Shown: positions 1 to 10,146, counted from the stretch's first letter. The stretch: 64,000 nucleotides of DNA from Deltaproteobacteria bacterium (GCA_020633415.1 JACKDQ010000007.1:17507-81506), one strand, 5' to 3'. Numbers and translations: made by a program. Notes: generated from the letters alone by a model not told the origin.

Positions 1-297
1 GAGCTCGCCAAAGTGATCGAGCTCGATCCCAAGAACTCTGTCGCCCACTATTATAGCGGCTTTGCCCTGTTCAACCTCGGCAAGGCCGATAAGGCGATCG
101 CCGCCTATCGTCGAGCGATCGCGCTCAATCCGCGGTTTGCCGAGGCGCATTTCTACCTCGGCCAGGTATATGCGCAGCAAAAGCAGCTTGCCGAGGCCAA
201 GGCTTCTTTTGGAGCCGCGTTGAAGGTCAATCCGAACTACACCGCGGCGATTTTGGCGTTGGAGAAACTCAAGACGGGTCAAAGCAAGAAACCGTGA
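1..297 (+). CDS. TPR repeat protein (5' end upstream of window)
   Basis: Frame 1 is open from base 1. The translation shows 34-residue TPR-like units (AHYYSGFALFNLGKADKAIAAYRRAIALNP; RFAEAHFYLGQVYAQQKQLAEAKASFGAALKVNP). Stop TGA 295-297 overlaps the next start (GTGA). Confidence 0.7.
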   Translation, partial: ELAKVIELDPKNSVAHYYSGFALFNLGKADKAIAAYRRAIALNPRFAEAHFYLGQVYAQQKQLAEAKASFGAALKVNPNYTAAILALEKLKTGQSKKP

Positions 298-1649
298 ACA
301 GTGGAAGTGCAACCAGAGTTGTAGGCGCGGCAGCGCCGCCTGAGGTGGCGATCCAAGGTTGTTGCCTCGAGATGATCCGCGGGCCAGAGGTCGGCCGACG
401 CTGGGATCTCGGCGAGCGCGCGACGATCGGCAAGTCGCCGGACAACGACATCGTCGTCGTTGACGCAACGGTGTCGCGCCAGCATCTGCTGATCGAGCAG
501 CACTCGGCTGGCGGGTTCCGCGTCAAAGATCTCGGCAGCACCAACGGCACCTACGTGGAGGACACGCGCGTGGTCGAGGCCTATCTGCGCGCGGGGTCTG
601 AAGTGCGTGTAGGTGAGGTGGCGTTCAAGCTGCGCGCGGTCTATCAGGACGCGGATGTTGTTCCCGGCGCCGGAAATTTTGGGGACTTGGTCGGGCAGTC
701 GGCGCCAATGCGGCGGGTCTTTGCGTTGCTCGAGCGTGTTGCGCCCACCGACGCTACGATCTTGATCACCGGTGAGACCGGAACAGGGAAGAGCGCGATG
801 GCGCGGGCGATTCACGATCAGAGCAAGCGTTGTGATCGCCCCTTTGTGACCGTTGACTGTGGTGCGATCTCGATCAACCTGATCGAAAGCGAACTGTTTG
901 GCCATGAAAAGGGTGCCTTCACTGGAGCGCATGCTCAGCGCCGTGGCGCGCTTGAGATCTGCGCGGGTGGTACCTTGTTCATCGATGATCTCGACGATTT
1001 GCCGCTCGACGTGCAGTCGAAGCTGCTACGAGCGCTCGATGCGCGTGAGATCACGCGGGTCGGCTCGACCAAGCTAATCAAGCTGGACCTGCGGGTTATC
1101 GCCGCGACCAAAAAGAACCTGATCGAGGAAGTCGCTCATGGGCGCTTTCGCGAAGACCTCTACTATCGCGTCTCGGTGGTGACATTCAGTTTGCCTGCAT
1201 TACGCGAGCGTTTGGAGGACGTACCTGCGCTCGCCGAGACATTCTTATCGCAAAGCGGTCGTAGCTGGGATGGGTTGCCGCACGCCTTGCGCGAGCGCTT
1301 GCAGCAGCACAGCTTCCCGGGAAACGTGCGCGAGTTGCGTAACCTGCTTGAGCGGGCGATGTACCTTGAGGGCTTTGACGCGGTTGACCCCGCGGTGTTC
1401 CCTGTCGAAACTTCGACGGCCGCCGGAGGAACCGAGTTCCGCCTCGTTGCCGACTATATGATGCCATTTAAGGAGGCCAAGGAGGCCTTGGTCGATCGCT
1501 TCGCGCGTGAGTATCTCAAGCGATTGGTTGCCAGAACTGCCGGTAACATTGCGCGCGCAGCACGCGAGGCCGGAATCGATCGCAAACACTTGTACGCTCT
1601 ACTCGGAAAATACGACCTTAATCCGAAGGGCAAGGAAGCAAAGGATTGA
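294..1649 (+). CDS. sigma-54-dependent transcriptional activator with N-terminal FHA domain (FHA / AAA+ / Fis-HTH)
   Basis: FHA-like N-terminus ([26 protein letters not shown]...GSTNGTYV). Walker [24 protein letters not shown] (GAFTGA loop) and Walker B LFIDDLDD are present. C-terminal HTH is [26 protein letters not shown] 294 overlaps the upstream stop; in-frame ATG 372 is an alternative start. Confidence 0.9.
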   Translation: MNSGSATRVVGAAAPPEVAIQGCCLEMIRGPEVGRRWDLGERATIGKSPDNDIVVVDATVSRQHLLIEQHSAGGFRVKDLGSTNGTYVEDTRVVEAYLRAGSEVRVGEVAFKLRAVYQDADVVPGAGNFGDLVGQSAPMRRVFALLERVAPTDATILITGETGTGKSAMARAIHDQSKRCDRPFVTVDCGAISINLIESELFGHEKGAFTGAHAQRRGALEICAGGTLFIDDLDDLPLDVQSKLLRALDAREITRVGSTKLIKLDLRVIAATKKNLIEEVAHGRFREDLYYRVSVVTFSLPALRERLEDVPALAETFLSQSGRSWDGLPHALRERLQQHSFPGNVRELRNLLERAMYLEGFDAVDPAVFPVETSTAAGGTEFRLVADYMMPFKEAKEALVDRFAREYLKRLVARTAGNIARAAREAGIDRKHLYALLGKYDLNPKGKEAKD

Positions 1650-2305
1650 TGATGATTCTCGCCAAGTCGCTACGGAGCATCGTCGTTCTTTCGGTCGCCT
1701 TGTGCGGCTGCAACGACAGCAACGAGCAAAAGGACTTTCGCTCCAAACCGTGTCCGACGGGAGGACTCGCTGCACCGGGAACGACGCAGCAGGAGCAACA
1801 AGAGCAGATCGAGAACTACCAAAAGTACGCCTGCGATCAGCCGCAGATCTGCCCCGACGAAGGGTCTCCGTTTGCGCCGTTTTACGTGATCGATCCGAAG
1901 GCTGCTCCGGCGACGGTCAACCTCGGTCTGACCAATTGCTCGACTGGTCAGAAGAAGCTGTTGATCGATAAGATCGTCATCGCCGGCGATCAACGTTGCT
2001 TCTTCACTGAGGCGATTGTCGAGAAGCAGACGATCGACCCGGGCGAGACGGTGATCGTCAAGGTCGACTACAAGCCCACCGCACTCGGCGAGGACCACGG
2101 TCAGTTCCAGATTCACAGCAACGCTGAGAACCACGCCGTGCTCAAGGTACCATTTTGCAGTCGCGCACTTGATAAGGCACCGGTGTCACCCGATGCGGGT
2201 GTCGCCGATGGGGGGCCGAGCGACGGCGGAACAGCTGCCGATGCTGCCGTCAGGATGCGCTGCCAGGAAGTCACCTCGGTCACCAGTCAGTGTCACAAGC
2301 CCTAG
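1649..2305 (+). CDS. lipoprotein with ASH / choice-of-anchor-D-like beta-sandwich domain
   Basis: Signal peptide plus lipobox (SVALCGC). The C-terminal part (KKLLIDKIVIAGD...IDPGETVIVKVDYKP...GQFQIHSNAENH) resembles HYDIN/ASH-type domains. A purine-rich AAGGAAGCAAAGGA lies upstream. ATG 1649 overlaps the activator stop (TGATG). Confidence 0.65.
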   Translation: MMILAKSLRSIVVLSVALCGCNDSNEQKDFRSKPCPTGGLAAPGTTQQEQQEQIENYQKYACDQPQICPDEGSPFAPFYVIDPKAAPATVNLGLTNCSTGQKKLLIDKIVIAGDQRCFFTEAIVEKQTIDPGETVIVKVDYKPTALGEDHGQFQIHSNAENHAVLKVPFCSRALDKAPVSPDAGVADGGPSDGGTAADAAVRMRCQEVTSVTSQCHKP

Positions 2306-2393
2306 CTGAGTCCGCCTGCGGCTAACTGAGTCGGCTTGCCGCTGAGGCGCCGACCAAGTTGTCCAGTGCTAGCCGTTGCCTGTTTCGCGGGCT

Positions 2394-2421
2394 TTGCCTG
2401 GGCCGCCGGCTGACGTATTAT
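2394..2421 (+). promoter_or_regulatory. candidate sigma-70-type promoter TTGCCT-N16-TATTAT, possibly giving a leaderless mRNA
   Basis: TTGCCT at 2394-2399 and TATTAT at 2416-2421. The -10 element ends 10 nt before ATG 2432, and no Shine-Dalgarno lies between them. Confidence 0.25.
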
Positions 2422-2431
2422 CTGCGTCACT

Positions 2432-3379
2432 ATGCGCGTCGACGGTCGGACGATATTGACGCTGATCTGCCTGACGCTGATCGGTAGCGGGGAGGGGCAG
2501 GCCGCGCCACGTACGGGATCGCTGGCGGCCAAGCCACGCGTGATTATCGTCGACGATGGCGGGGGTGGAGACGTCGCGCTGCTAGACAGCCTCGGCGCGC
2601 GTTTTGCGCTGATCGAGTTGACCGCGCTAACGCCATTAATGCGGCAAGCCGACGACAAGCGTCGCATCGTCGATACGATTAAGGCTCACATTCAGGCCGC
2701 TCGGGACTCGCTGTTGAGACTGAAGCACGATGCTTGCGAGAGTGAGCTGGCTCAGGCGGTCTCAACGGTCGAGAACAGTCTGGTGCGCTTCTATCTGCCT
2801 CAGCTCGCCGCCGAAGTCTACCTTTGGCGCGGAGTCTGCGCGCTCAGGCGCGTCGTACCTGCGGAGGCGCGGTCAGCCTTTCATCAGGCGCTGCACTACG
2901 ACCCGCAGCTCAAGCTCGGGCCGTATTTTAGTCCGCAGGTTCGCGATGCCTTTAGCGAGGCGACGAGTAGCCTGCCGACGGCCCCGCTGCCGAGCGCCGC
3001 CGAGATGCGGCAGGTACTTCAGCTCGATCGCCAAGCTGCCGGACTGTTGCTGATTCGCACGCGCCGCCTTGACGCGAAACGTTCCCAGCTCGCTGTGCTC
3101 GCTTTACGCCCTGATCGCGGCGCCTATGAGGGGGTAGAGAGCGTTATCATCAAAGAGGGGCTGGCCGCTTCGGCGGAGCTTGATGCGTTTATCGATCGGC
3201 TGACTCAGCGCCTTGGCCTGCAACTAGCGGTATCGCGGCCGGTGGCGCCGCGCGCCAAGCCCTGGTACAAGCGGTGGTACCTTTGGGTTGGGGCGGTTGT
3301 CGCCGTTGTCGCGGCGACGACCGTTGCGTCGACGCTGCGCCGTGACACCGTCGACGTCTCGGTGAGCTGGGCGCGATGA
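2432..3379 (+). CDS. secreted protein with TPR-like helical region and C-terminal membrane anchor
   Basis: N-terminal signal peptide (ILTLICLTLIGSGEGQAAP). Helical repeat-like middle region. C-terminal hydrophobic helix WYLWVGAVVAVVAATTVASTL. The stop overlaps the next start (ATGA at 3376-3379). Confidence 0.55.
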   Translation: MRVDGRTILTLICLTLIGSGEGQAAPRTGSLAAKPRVIIVDDGGGGDVALLDSLGARFALIELTALTPLMRQADDKRRIVDTIKAHIQAARDSLLRLKHDACESELAQAVSTVENSLVRFYLPQLAAEVYLWRGVCALRRVVPAEARSAFHQALHYDPQLKLGPYFSPQVRDAFSEATSSLPTAPLPSAAEMRQVLQLDRQAAGLLLIRTRRLDAKRSQLAVLALRPDRGAYEGVESVIIKEGLAASAELDAFIDRLTQRLGLQLAVSRPVAPRAKPWYKRWYLWVGAVVAVVAATTVASTLRRDTVDVSVSWAR

Positions 3380-4851
3380 CCAGGGTTTTCATCGGGTTGA
3401 TGATCGTCTTGGGGGGCTCTTCTGCCTGCACCGATCGGATCGGTCGGCTGTTCGTCAACGTGACACGCTCGTCGGGTGCTAGCGAAGATCCGTTTGACGG
3501 TATTGCCGCTTTTGTTCGGCTGCGGGTTGACGGCCCATTCGGTCGCAGCGGGCCAACCACCTTTCGGCTGGCCGAAGAGCGTGGCGCGTTGACCGATCTC
3601 GAACCGGGGGCCGGCCAGGTCTTGACGGTCGAAGGCTTGGGACCAGAGGAAAACACCGTCAGTCGTGGCCGGAGCTCGCCGTTGCTGATCGCCGGAGGCG
3701 ACAACGCGCTCAACCTGTTCGTCGCTCGTCTCGACCGTTTCAGTCAGACGCCCAAAGAGGGCTGGCTCGCAGCAGAGGGGATGAGCGTCGGGCGTGCGTT
3801 CCATCGAGCCGTCGATGGCCACGGCATGCGGTTGCTGCTGGTTGGCGGCGTTACCCAGCCGTGGCGACCGACGGAACCCAACCAGCCTCTCGAGGCGACA
3901 TCGCTGGTCGACGATCTCGATGCAAATGGCATGCTATTTGCGGAACGCGACTGCCAAGCGGTCGGAAAGTGTTTGGCTCAGCCGTTGATCCTGCATGAGA
4001 TCGCTTGGTTGCCCAGCGGCAACGCGTTGATCATTGGCGGGGTAGCGCAGCCGCAGTCAGGCGCTCTGTCGCCCACTTCGCAGACAACGATCTATTCGGC
4101 CACCGAAGACAGTTTCTTCGCCGGTCCGGAGCTCAAGGCCGCCCGCTACGCTCATGCGGTCGCTGTCTGGCAAGATGGGGTGGCGATCGTCGGTGGCATC
4201 GGTGCTGATGGGCGTTCGACGTCACTCGTCGAATTGTTCGTCGACGGAGAGATCCGCAACTTGCCTCGATTGAGCCAACCCCGACGGAATCCCACGCTGA
4301 CGGTACTCAATGATGGGCGACTGTGGGCGGTTGGTGGTAGCGACGATGGCGGGGCGCCGCTGGCCACGACGGAGTTTCTTGCGCCGGGCAGTGCGCGTTG
4401 GGCTGCAGGCCCGGTGCTGGGTCAGGCACGCGCGCGGCATCGTACGCTCAGCACCGCCGATGGTGTTTTCGTCGTCGGCGGTCTCGGCGCCGGAGGCATA
4501 CCGGTCACAGCGATCGAGCGGTTGAACCCCGACACAGACACGCTGACCGATGTAGGCAAGCTCAAGCTGGGGCGTTGGGGTCACACCGTTAGCGATCTTG
4601 GCGACGGGCGCGTGATGGTCGTCGGCGGCTTTACCGGATCGGCGGGCGGGTCGCCCACGCCAACCGTCGAGTTTCTCAGCGGTCTGTTCGGCCAGCAGGT
4701 TCAAGTGCTGACCGGTCCGCGGATGCGGCGCGCGCGGGGGGGCCACACGACCAATCTGCTTCGTCCAGGTGTGCTGGTCGTGATCGGCGGAGTAACCCAG
4801 GACGCCCAGGGGTCGCGCGTAGTCGGTGACGCCGAGGTATTTACCTACTAG
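3376..4851 (+). CDS. Kelch-repeat beta-propeller protein, probable lipoprotein
   Basis: Signal peptide ending LGGSSAC. About six Kelch-like blades, each ending in a GG motif (GRAFHRAVDG..LLLVGG; ARYAHAVAVWQDGVAIVGG; RRNPTLTVLNDGRLWAVGG; ARARHRTLSTADGVFVVGG; GRWGHTVSDLGDGRVMVVGG; RGGHTTNLLRPGVLVVIGG). Confidence 0.75.
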   Translation: MTRVFIGLMIVLGGSSACTDRIGRLFVNVTRSSGASEDPFDGIAAFVRLRVDGPFGRSGPTTFRLAEERGALTDLEPGAGQVLTVEGLGPEENTVSRGRSSPLLIAGGDNALNLFVARLDRFSQTPKEGWLAAEGMSVGRAFHRAVDGHGMRLLLVGGVTQPWRPTEPNQPLEATSLVDDLDANGMLFAERDCQAVGKCLAQPLILHEIAWLPSGNALIIGGVAQPQSGALSPTSQTTIYSATEDSFFAGPELKAARYAHAVAVWQDGVAIVGGIGADGRSTSLVELFVDGEIRNLPRLSQPRRNPTLTVLNDGRLWAVGGSDDGGAPLATTEFLAPGSARWAAGPVLGQARARHRTLSTADGVFVVGGLGAGGIPVTAIERLNPDTDTLTDVGKLKLGRWGHTVSDLGDGRVMVVGGFTGSAGGSPTPTVEFLSGLFGQQVQVLTGPRMRRARGGHTTNLLRPGVLVVIGGVTQDAQGSRVVGDAEVFTY

Positions 4852-4886
4852 CGCCGTGTGACCCGTCGAAGCGCAGCGACGATCGC

Positions 4887-6587
4887 TTAACCGGTGATCG
4901 AGAGCGCTTTGCCGAGCGCGATGATTCGGTCGGCGACGCGCAAGGCGTTGGCCTGGATCGTCAAGGTGTTGGGCACGCCACCGCTGGTCGGCATGAACGC
5001 GCCATCGGTGACAAAAACATTCGGCGCGGTATGCACGCGGCAGTCGCGGTCCAAGACCGACGTGCGCCGATCGGCACCGAAACGGCAAGTTCCAGCTTGT
5101 AGCCAGTACGTCGACTCCGCGCGGTGCGTGGCCTGCAGTCGCTGTGCGCCCATCTCCTCCAAAACGCGGAGTCCGGCCTTGACGAGTGCGAGGTTGGTCG
5201 TGCGATCGAGCGGGTGGCGCTGGTCGGTGAACCGCGCAACGGGCAGGCCAAAGCGGTCTTTGACCTGATCGTCGAGCGTGACCTGTGATGCGGCGACAGG
5301 CAGCGTCTCCGAGAATACTTCAAACTCAAGTTGGCGCGTCTGCAGGAACCGCTGCCGTAGTGCGTCCTTAAGCGCGCTCCCCCACAGCCTTTTGCCGCGA
5401 TGAAGCGCCAGCTGTTCGGCGGCATGGATCGGGTTGCCGTGAGGCAAGAGAAAACTCAGCGTCCCACCTTTGCGTTTCCTACTGCGCTTACCGATCAGAT
5501 AGAGGTCTTGAAAGGAGCGATTGACGAATGGGGCGTTGAAGTCGATCTTGCGGATCCGTGGATCATCGCGCGCAAACTCACCTTCGCCCGCGCCGAAACC
5601 GAGAAACATCAGGCCGCGTCCGACCCAGCCCTCTTGGTTGCCGAGCCCTTCGGGGTGGGCTTTCGATTTGGAGAGCAACAGCAGGCGAGCGCTCTCTACC
5701 GTCGAGCAGGCGACAACCACCGCGCGGCAAGCCAATCGATGGCGGGCGCCAGCGCGGTCGATGTAATGCACGGCTTGCGCACGCCCGCTGTCGTCGCTGT
5801 CGATCTCATAGGCCATCGACAGCGGGCGGATCTGACAGTTCCCCGTCTTGATCGCCTGAGGGAGCAGTGCCTCGAGAACCGAGCTCTTCGCCCCTGTGGT
5901 GCAGCCGTAGCTGCCGCAAAAGCGCGTGTAGGCACAGGAGCTGCGCCCTCGATAGGGCTGCGAGAGGATCGCGCGCGCCGTCGGGTAGGCGTGCCAGCCG
6001 AGCTTGGTGCAGGCTTGATCGATCAATGTTGCGAAGCCGTTTTCGAGCAACGGCGGCAACGGCAGTTTTTCAGCGACCACGTCGAATGGATTCTTTGCGG
6101 CATCGCCCGAGACACCCAGCTCGCGCTCGATTCTTGTGTAGTAAGGGGCGAGCTCGCGCCACGCGATCGGCCAATCGCTCAGAATGCTACCGGCAACTGG
6201 GCCGAGCAGCGTCCGCAATTTGAGGTCGCTTGGTTGCAGGCGATAGGTAAAACCCGAAAAGTGTACCGTCGCGCCGCCGACGCAGTTGGCGGTCCAGCCG
6301 TGGGTTGTTTTTTCGCGCTGGCCATTTGATCGCTGCAGGATGTGGGGCTCTTCGCTTGGCGATGGTACGAAGAAGTCCCGTCGGCAAATGCCGATCTCGT
6401 CGTAGATAAAGTCTTCGCGGGTATAGGCCGGCCCCTTTTCGAGGACGACGACGCGCAGGCCGGCGCGCGCAAGCGACAGCGCGACCGGCGCACCGCCAGC
6501 GCCACTGCCGATCACGACCACATCGACGGTCCCGGCGCGTGCGACGTCGTTGCCTAGCGGCCGACCATGGCGCTCGAGCATCGTCAT
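4887..6587 (-). CDS. GMC-family FAD-dependent oxidoreductase (gluconate 2-dehydrogenase flavoprotein-like)
   Basis: The N-terminal dinucleotide fold VDVVVIGSGAGGAPVALSLARAGLRVVVLEKG and the overall length fit the GMC family. ATG 6587 overlaps the stop of the upstream small subunit (ATGA); the ORF track's first start is 6599. Confidence 0.85.
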   Translation of the reverse strand: MTMLERHGRPLGNDVARAGTVDVVVIGSGAGGAPVALSLARAGLRVVVLEKGPAYTREDFIYDEIGICRRDFFVPSPSEEPHILQRSNGQREKTTHGWTANCVGGATVHFSGFTYRLQPSDLKLRTLLGPVAGSILSDWPIAWRELAPYYTRIERELGVSGDAAKNPFDVVAEKLPLPPLLENGFATLIDQACTKLGWHAYPTARAILSQPYRGRSSCAYTRFCGSYGCTTGAKSSVLEALLPQAIKTGNCQIRPLSMAYEIDSDDSGRAQAVHYIDRAGARHRLACRAVVVACSTVESARLLLLSKSKAHPEGLGNQEGWVGRGLMFLGFGAGEGEFARDDPRIRKIDFNAPFVNRSFQDLYLIGKRSRKRKGGTLSFLLPHGNPIHAAEQLALHRGKRLWGSALKDALRQRFLQTRQLEFEVFSETLPVAASQVTLDDQVKDRFGLPVARFTDQRHPLDRTTNLALVKAGLRVLEEMGAQRLQATHRAESTYWLQAGTCRFGADRRTSVLDRDCRVHTAPNVFVTDGAFMPTSGGVPNTLTIQANALRVADRIIALGKALSITG

Positions 6588-7183
6588 CCGCGCGCCCAAC
6601 GCGGGCAGGCCGGTCGTGGAATCCGTGGGAGATGTTTGAGCATCTGCCAGCCGCGCTCATCACGGTTGCCGCCATAGATCGGGTCGCCGAAAAAGCCTTC
6701 AAGCGTCAGGCCGAGCAAGGTATCAAATAGCCGCGCGCCACTCTGGTCGCCGAGGCGCGTTTGGAGTAGTTCGCTGAGCATCGCGTCCTGTTGCTGGGGC
6801 GGCAGGCTGAAAAATGGCCGCCGAAATCGACGCATCGCCGTGAGATTTAGCCAACGATCGCCAGCGGCGAACAGCGGTAGAAATGCCGCGATCGGCGGAC
6901 GCGAAAGCTGCTCGTCGAGAAAGCTGATCACATCGGCGTCGGTAGCGCCCGGGTCGCGATCAGCGGGTATGATCCGTTCGCAAGCCGCGCGATAGGTTCG
7001 CCACTGGCGCGGATTGAGCGCCTTGCCGCGTTGGCGAGAGGCCACGCGGCAGTCAGTCGCCCGCTGCCCGAGCGGTCCAGTGTCACTCTTGTTTCGGCGT
7101 TTGCCGCGGCCTGAAGGCTTGCAGGCGAGCTTCGCGGCTAGCGGAGCGCTGGCCAGGACCAGAATGAAACGCCGTCGGTGCAC
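6584..7183 (-). CDS. gluconate 2-dehydrogenase subunit-3 family protein with Tat signal
   Basis: Twin-arginine leader MHRRRFILVLASAPLAA. The C-terminal EGFFGDPIYGGNRDERGWQ motif is typical of this family. Translationally coupled to the GMC flavoprotein. Confidence 0.7.
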   Translation of the reverse strand: MHRRRFILVLASAPLAAKLACKPSGRGKRRNKSDTGPLGQRATDCRVASRQRGKALNPRQWRTYRAACERIIPADRDPGATDADVISFLDEQLSRPPIAAFLPLFAAGDRWLNLTAMRRFRRPFFSLPPQQQDAMLSELLQTRLGDQSGARLFDTLLGLTLEGFFGDPIYGGNRDERGWQMLKHLPRIPRPACPRWARG

Positions 7184-7279
7184 CCGCTGATCGTAGGGAA
7201 GCTACGATCGTGCGTCAAGCGAGCAAGCGCGGCCCAGTGCTGACGATGGTCGACGGAGCCGTCGCTGGCGTTTACACTA

Positions 7280-9634
7280 TTGCCATTGGCTGATGAGCAC
7301 GACCGTCGATTGAGCTGGCCCGGCTTTTTCGGAGTCTTTCTGATCTCCTGCGCGACGCTGATCGCGCAGCTGGCCTGGACGCGCATCCTTTCGATCTCGC
7401 TTTGGTATCACTTTGCCTTCTTGGTCGTTAGCACGGCGATGCTCGGCTTCGGAGGGGCAGCGGCAACCTACGCGGTTAGCCGGCGGTTGGCCGCGCTGAG
7501 CTTGTCGGCGCTGCTTGCCGGCAGCGCGCTGGCGCTGAGCGTGGCGGCCCTAGGTGGTTTGCTGCTGACCAACGCCGTGCCGTTTGCGCCGTTTTCTCTG
7601 CTCGAGTCGCCGGTTCAGTTGCTCTACGGTGCGCTCTATGTCGTCGCGATCACCGCGCCGTTTTTTTGCGCGGGGCTGGTGATCACCGCGTTGTTTTCGC
7701 GGGTCCACCAACAAGCTGGTCGGATCTACGCTTGGGATCTCGTCGGCGCGGGTTTGGGGTGTCTGCTGGCTTTGCCGCTGCTCGGCCTCGGGCCCGTGCG
7801 CGCATTGCTCTCGGCTGCACTTGTCGCTGCCTGTGCCGCGCCGCTTTTCGCCGGATCAGGCAGGCGCTTGCACTATGGCCTGCCGGCGCTGCTATTTGGC
7901 GCGCTGCTGTTGTTGCCTGTTGGCTGGCTCGAGCCATCGATCACGCCAACCAAGCGGCTCGGCGGTCAACCCGTGCAGGAACTACTCAAGCGCGGCATGA
8001 GTAGCAGAACGCTGCACAACGCCTTCTCGCGGGTCGACGTGATGCCAGCGGCATGGGGCAAGCGCATCGTGATCGATGCCGGCACCGCAGTTACGCGTTT
8101 GCCTCGGCTCGATGCTGCGGCACTCAAGGCGCCGCTCACTGACGAACGCCAGCTGGTGCTACGCGCGCAGCAGCAGCGGGTGCTGATCATCGGCTCGGGT
8201 GGCGGCTGGGAAGTAGCCGCCGCGTTGCGCAGTCAAGCGCGCCGCGTTGTTGCTGTCGAGATCAATGGACTGATCAATCGTCTAGTCACCGAGCGTTTTG
8301 CCGATTATACCGCGCGCATCTTCCTCCATCCCGCCGTCGAGCTGCATACCGCCGAGGCGCGTAGCTACATCCGCCGTGAACAACGTCAGTTCGATGCGAT
8401 CCTCGCTGCCCATACGATTACTAACGCTGCCGCGGCAAGTGGCGCGATGAGCTTAGCCGAAGAGTACGTGTTGACCGTCGAGGCGATCGGCGACTATATC
8501 GACCGACTCGCTGGGAGCGGACGACTGTTCATCAGTCGCCCCGAAGCGCAACTGCCGCGCCTCGTTGCCACTGCCGTTGAGGCCCTCGCTCGGCGCTCGC
8601 TGTCAGCTGCAGAGCGCGTCGTCGTATTTGCTGGCCGGCCGGCGCCGAATTTCTATGGTGCAGTCGTTGTCACGCGTGCGCCGATCATCGGCAGCGAGCG
8701 CGCCTGGATGCGACGGGTCTTGATCGACCAACGGCTGCGTCCGCTGTACTTGCCCGGCAGCCGTGCGCCGACGGTCTTTCGACGATTGGTTACGGCGAAC
8801 GCCGTCGATCGCGAGGCGCTTTATCGCGCCAGCAGAACGCGGTTGGCTCCGGCCACCGATGATCGGCCGTTTTTCAACCACCGCTCGCGCTTTTCCCAGC
8901 TGAACGTGAGGCAAGTTGCCCAGGTATTTCGCCAGGGGCAGCTTGCTCGCGCTGCGGTGGAAGCGGCGCCGGTTGCGGAAGCGGTATTGATCGCGCTGCT
9001 CGTCGAGTCGCTGGTGTTTGCGTTGGCACTGATCGCTCTGCCGCTGCTACGACGTCGTACGCGAGCGGGCGCGGCATTGTTGCCGCTGACATTCTTCTTT
9101 CTGATCGGCCTGAGCTTCATCTTCGTCGAGTCAGCATTGATCCAGAGCTTCGCGCTGTTCATCGGCCAGCCGGTGCATGCGTTTGCTGTCGTTGTGGGCT
9201 CGCTGCTGATCTGCGCCGGCATCGGTAGCAGTCTGAGCGGGCGCTTGGCTGATCGTCGCCTGCCGTGGGTGCTGGGGGCGGCTGCCCTGGCGATCGGCGT
9301 CTTTGCGCTGACCGCGCCGCGGTTGATCTCGCTCGCCCTCGGTGCCGCGTTGCCCTGGCGGGTGTTCGTCGCTGTGGGGATGCTGGCGCCGATGGCGCTG
9401 TTGATGGGCGTGCCACTGCCCACGATGATCGCCCGACTGGGCCGCGAGAGCGCCGCGGCGATACCTTGGGCCTGGGGCGCCAACGCCATCGCCTCGGTGG
9501 TCGGCGCCGTGTTAGCGGTGATCATCGCCACGGAGCTGGGGTTTTCTGGTGTGCTGATCAGCGCAGCGGCGCTTTATCTCGTCGGCGCAATGATCGCCTT
9601 TGGGCTGTTGCGCCGAGACGGCACAAAGCTGTGA
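7280..9634 (+). CDS. polytopic membrane protein fused to a spermidine-synthase-like (SAM-fold) domain
   Basis: Multiple N-terminal and C-terminal hydrophobic helices flank a soluble core with VLIIGSGGGWEVAAAL...RVVAVEIN (GxGxG Rossmann/methyltransferase-like). The TTG start is uncertain. Confidence 0.65.
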   Translation: MPLADEHDRRLSWPGFFGVFLISCATLIAQLAWTRILSISLWYHFAFLVVSTAMLGFGGAAATYAVSRRLAALSLSALLAGSALALSVAALGGLLLTNAVPFAPFSLLESPVQLLYGALYVVAITAPFFCAGLVITALFSRVHQQAGRIYAWDLVGAGLGCLLALPLLGLGPVRALLSAALVAACAAPLFAGSGRRLHYGLPALLFGALLLLPVGWLEPSITPTKRLGGQPVQELLKRGMSSRTLHNAFSRVDVMPAAWGKRIVIDAGTAVTRLPRLDAAALKAPLTDERQLVLRAQQQRVLIIGSGGGWEVAAALRSQARRVVAVEINGLINRLVTERFADYTARIFLHPAVELHTAEARSYIRREQRQFDAILAAHTITNAAAASGAMSLAEEYVLTVEAIGDYIDRLAGSGRLFISRPEAQLPRLVATAVEALARRSLSAAERVVVFAGRPAPNFYGAVVVTRAPIIGSERAWMRRVLIDQRLRPLYLPGSRAPTVFRRLVTANAVDREALYRASRTRLAPATDDRPFFNHRSRFSQLNVRQVAQVFRQGQLARAAVEAAPVAEAVLIALLVESLVFALALIALPLLRRRTRAGAALLPLTFFFLIGLSFIFVESALIQSFALFIGQPVHAFAVVVGSLLICAGIGSSLSGRLADRRLPWVLGAAALAIGVFALTAPRLISLALGAALPWRVFVAVGMLAPMALLMGVPLPTMIARLGRESAAAIPWAWGANAIASVVGAVLAVIIATELGFSGVLISAAALYLVGAMIAFGLLRRDGTKL

Positions 9635-9657
9635 TATACTCGCTCTACCGGATCAAG

Positions 9658-10146
9658 ATGAAGCGTTTGTTGGCAACTGCTGTGTTGTTGAGTTGTGTCG
9701 GTTGTATCCCGACCACCTCTCGCGAGGCCTTTACTCAGGGGGCTGACGAAATCCCCTGTTCGGCGACCTATCCGGTTTGCCGTGGCAAGTTTGCCGGTTG
9801 CCGGCTGGCCAATGATAGCTACATCAGCGGCACATTCCCTGGCAGCCGCAAGGTGGTCGCCGAGACGCCGCCGGGGGACTTCAAGCTTCAGCTGCGCATC
9901 TACCTCGACGATCGCTTGTCTGCCGGCACGGATACCGAGGTGCTCTGGTACGAGCCTGGTTGCAGCGAAATCTACCGCTATCAATTGAGCAAAGATGGCG
10001 TGGGTGGGCGCGATCTCTTCGAAATAGCCGGTAACAATCAGGTGTTTAGCGTCACCCAGCGTGTGGTCGACGCCGGCGACCATCTGGTGGAAGTCTTCTC
10101 CGATGCGACGGCCAGCTATCTGCTACGCGTCGACGTTATCCAATGA
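9658..10146 (+). CDS. small lipoprotein (beta-sandwich, PPC-like C-terminus)
   Basis: ATG 9658 gives MKRLLATAVLLSCVGC (lipobox). The upstream part of ORF 9265..10146 overlaps the preceding gene and was discarded. Confidence 0.6.
   Translation: MKRLLATAVLLSCVGCIPTTSREAFTQGADEIPCSATYPVCRGKFAGCRLANDSYISGTFPGSRKVVAETPPGDFKLQLRIYLDDRLSAGTDTEVLWYEPGCSEIYRYQLSKDGVGGRDLFEIAGNNQVFSVTQRVVDAGDHLVEVFSDATASYLLRVDVIQ

Noticed and set aside
9265-9657. Upstream part of ORF 9265..10146
   Set aside because: It overlaps the C-terminal TM region of the 784-aa membrane protein. ATG 9658 gives a clean lipoprotein signal peptide.
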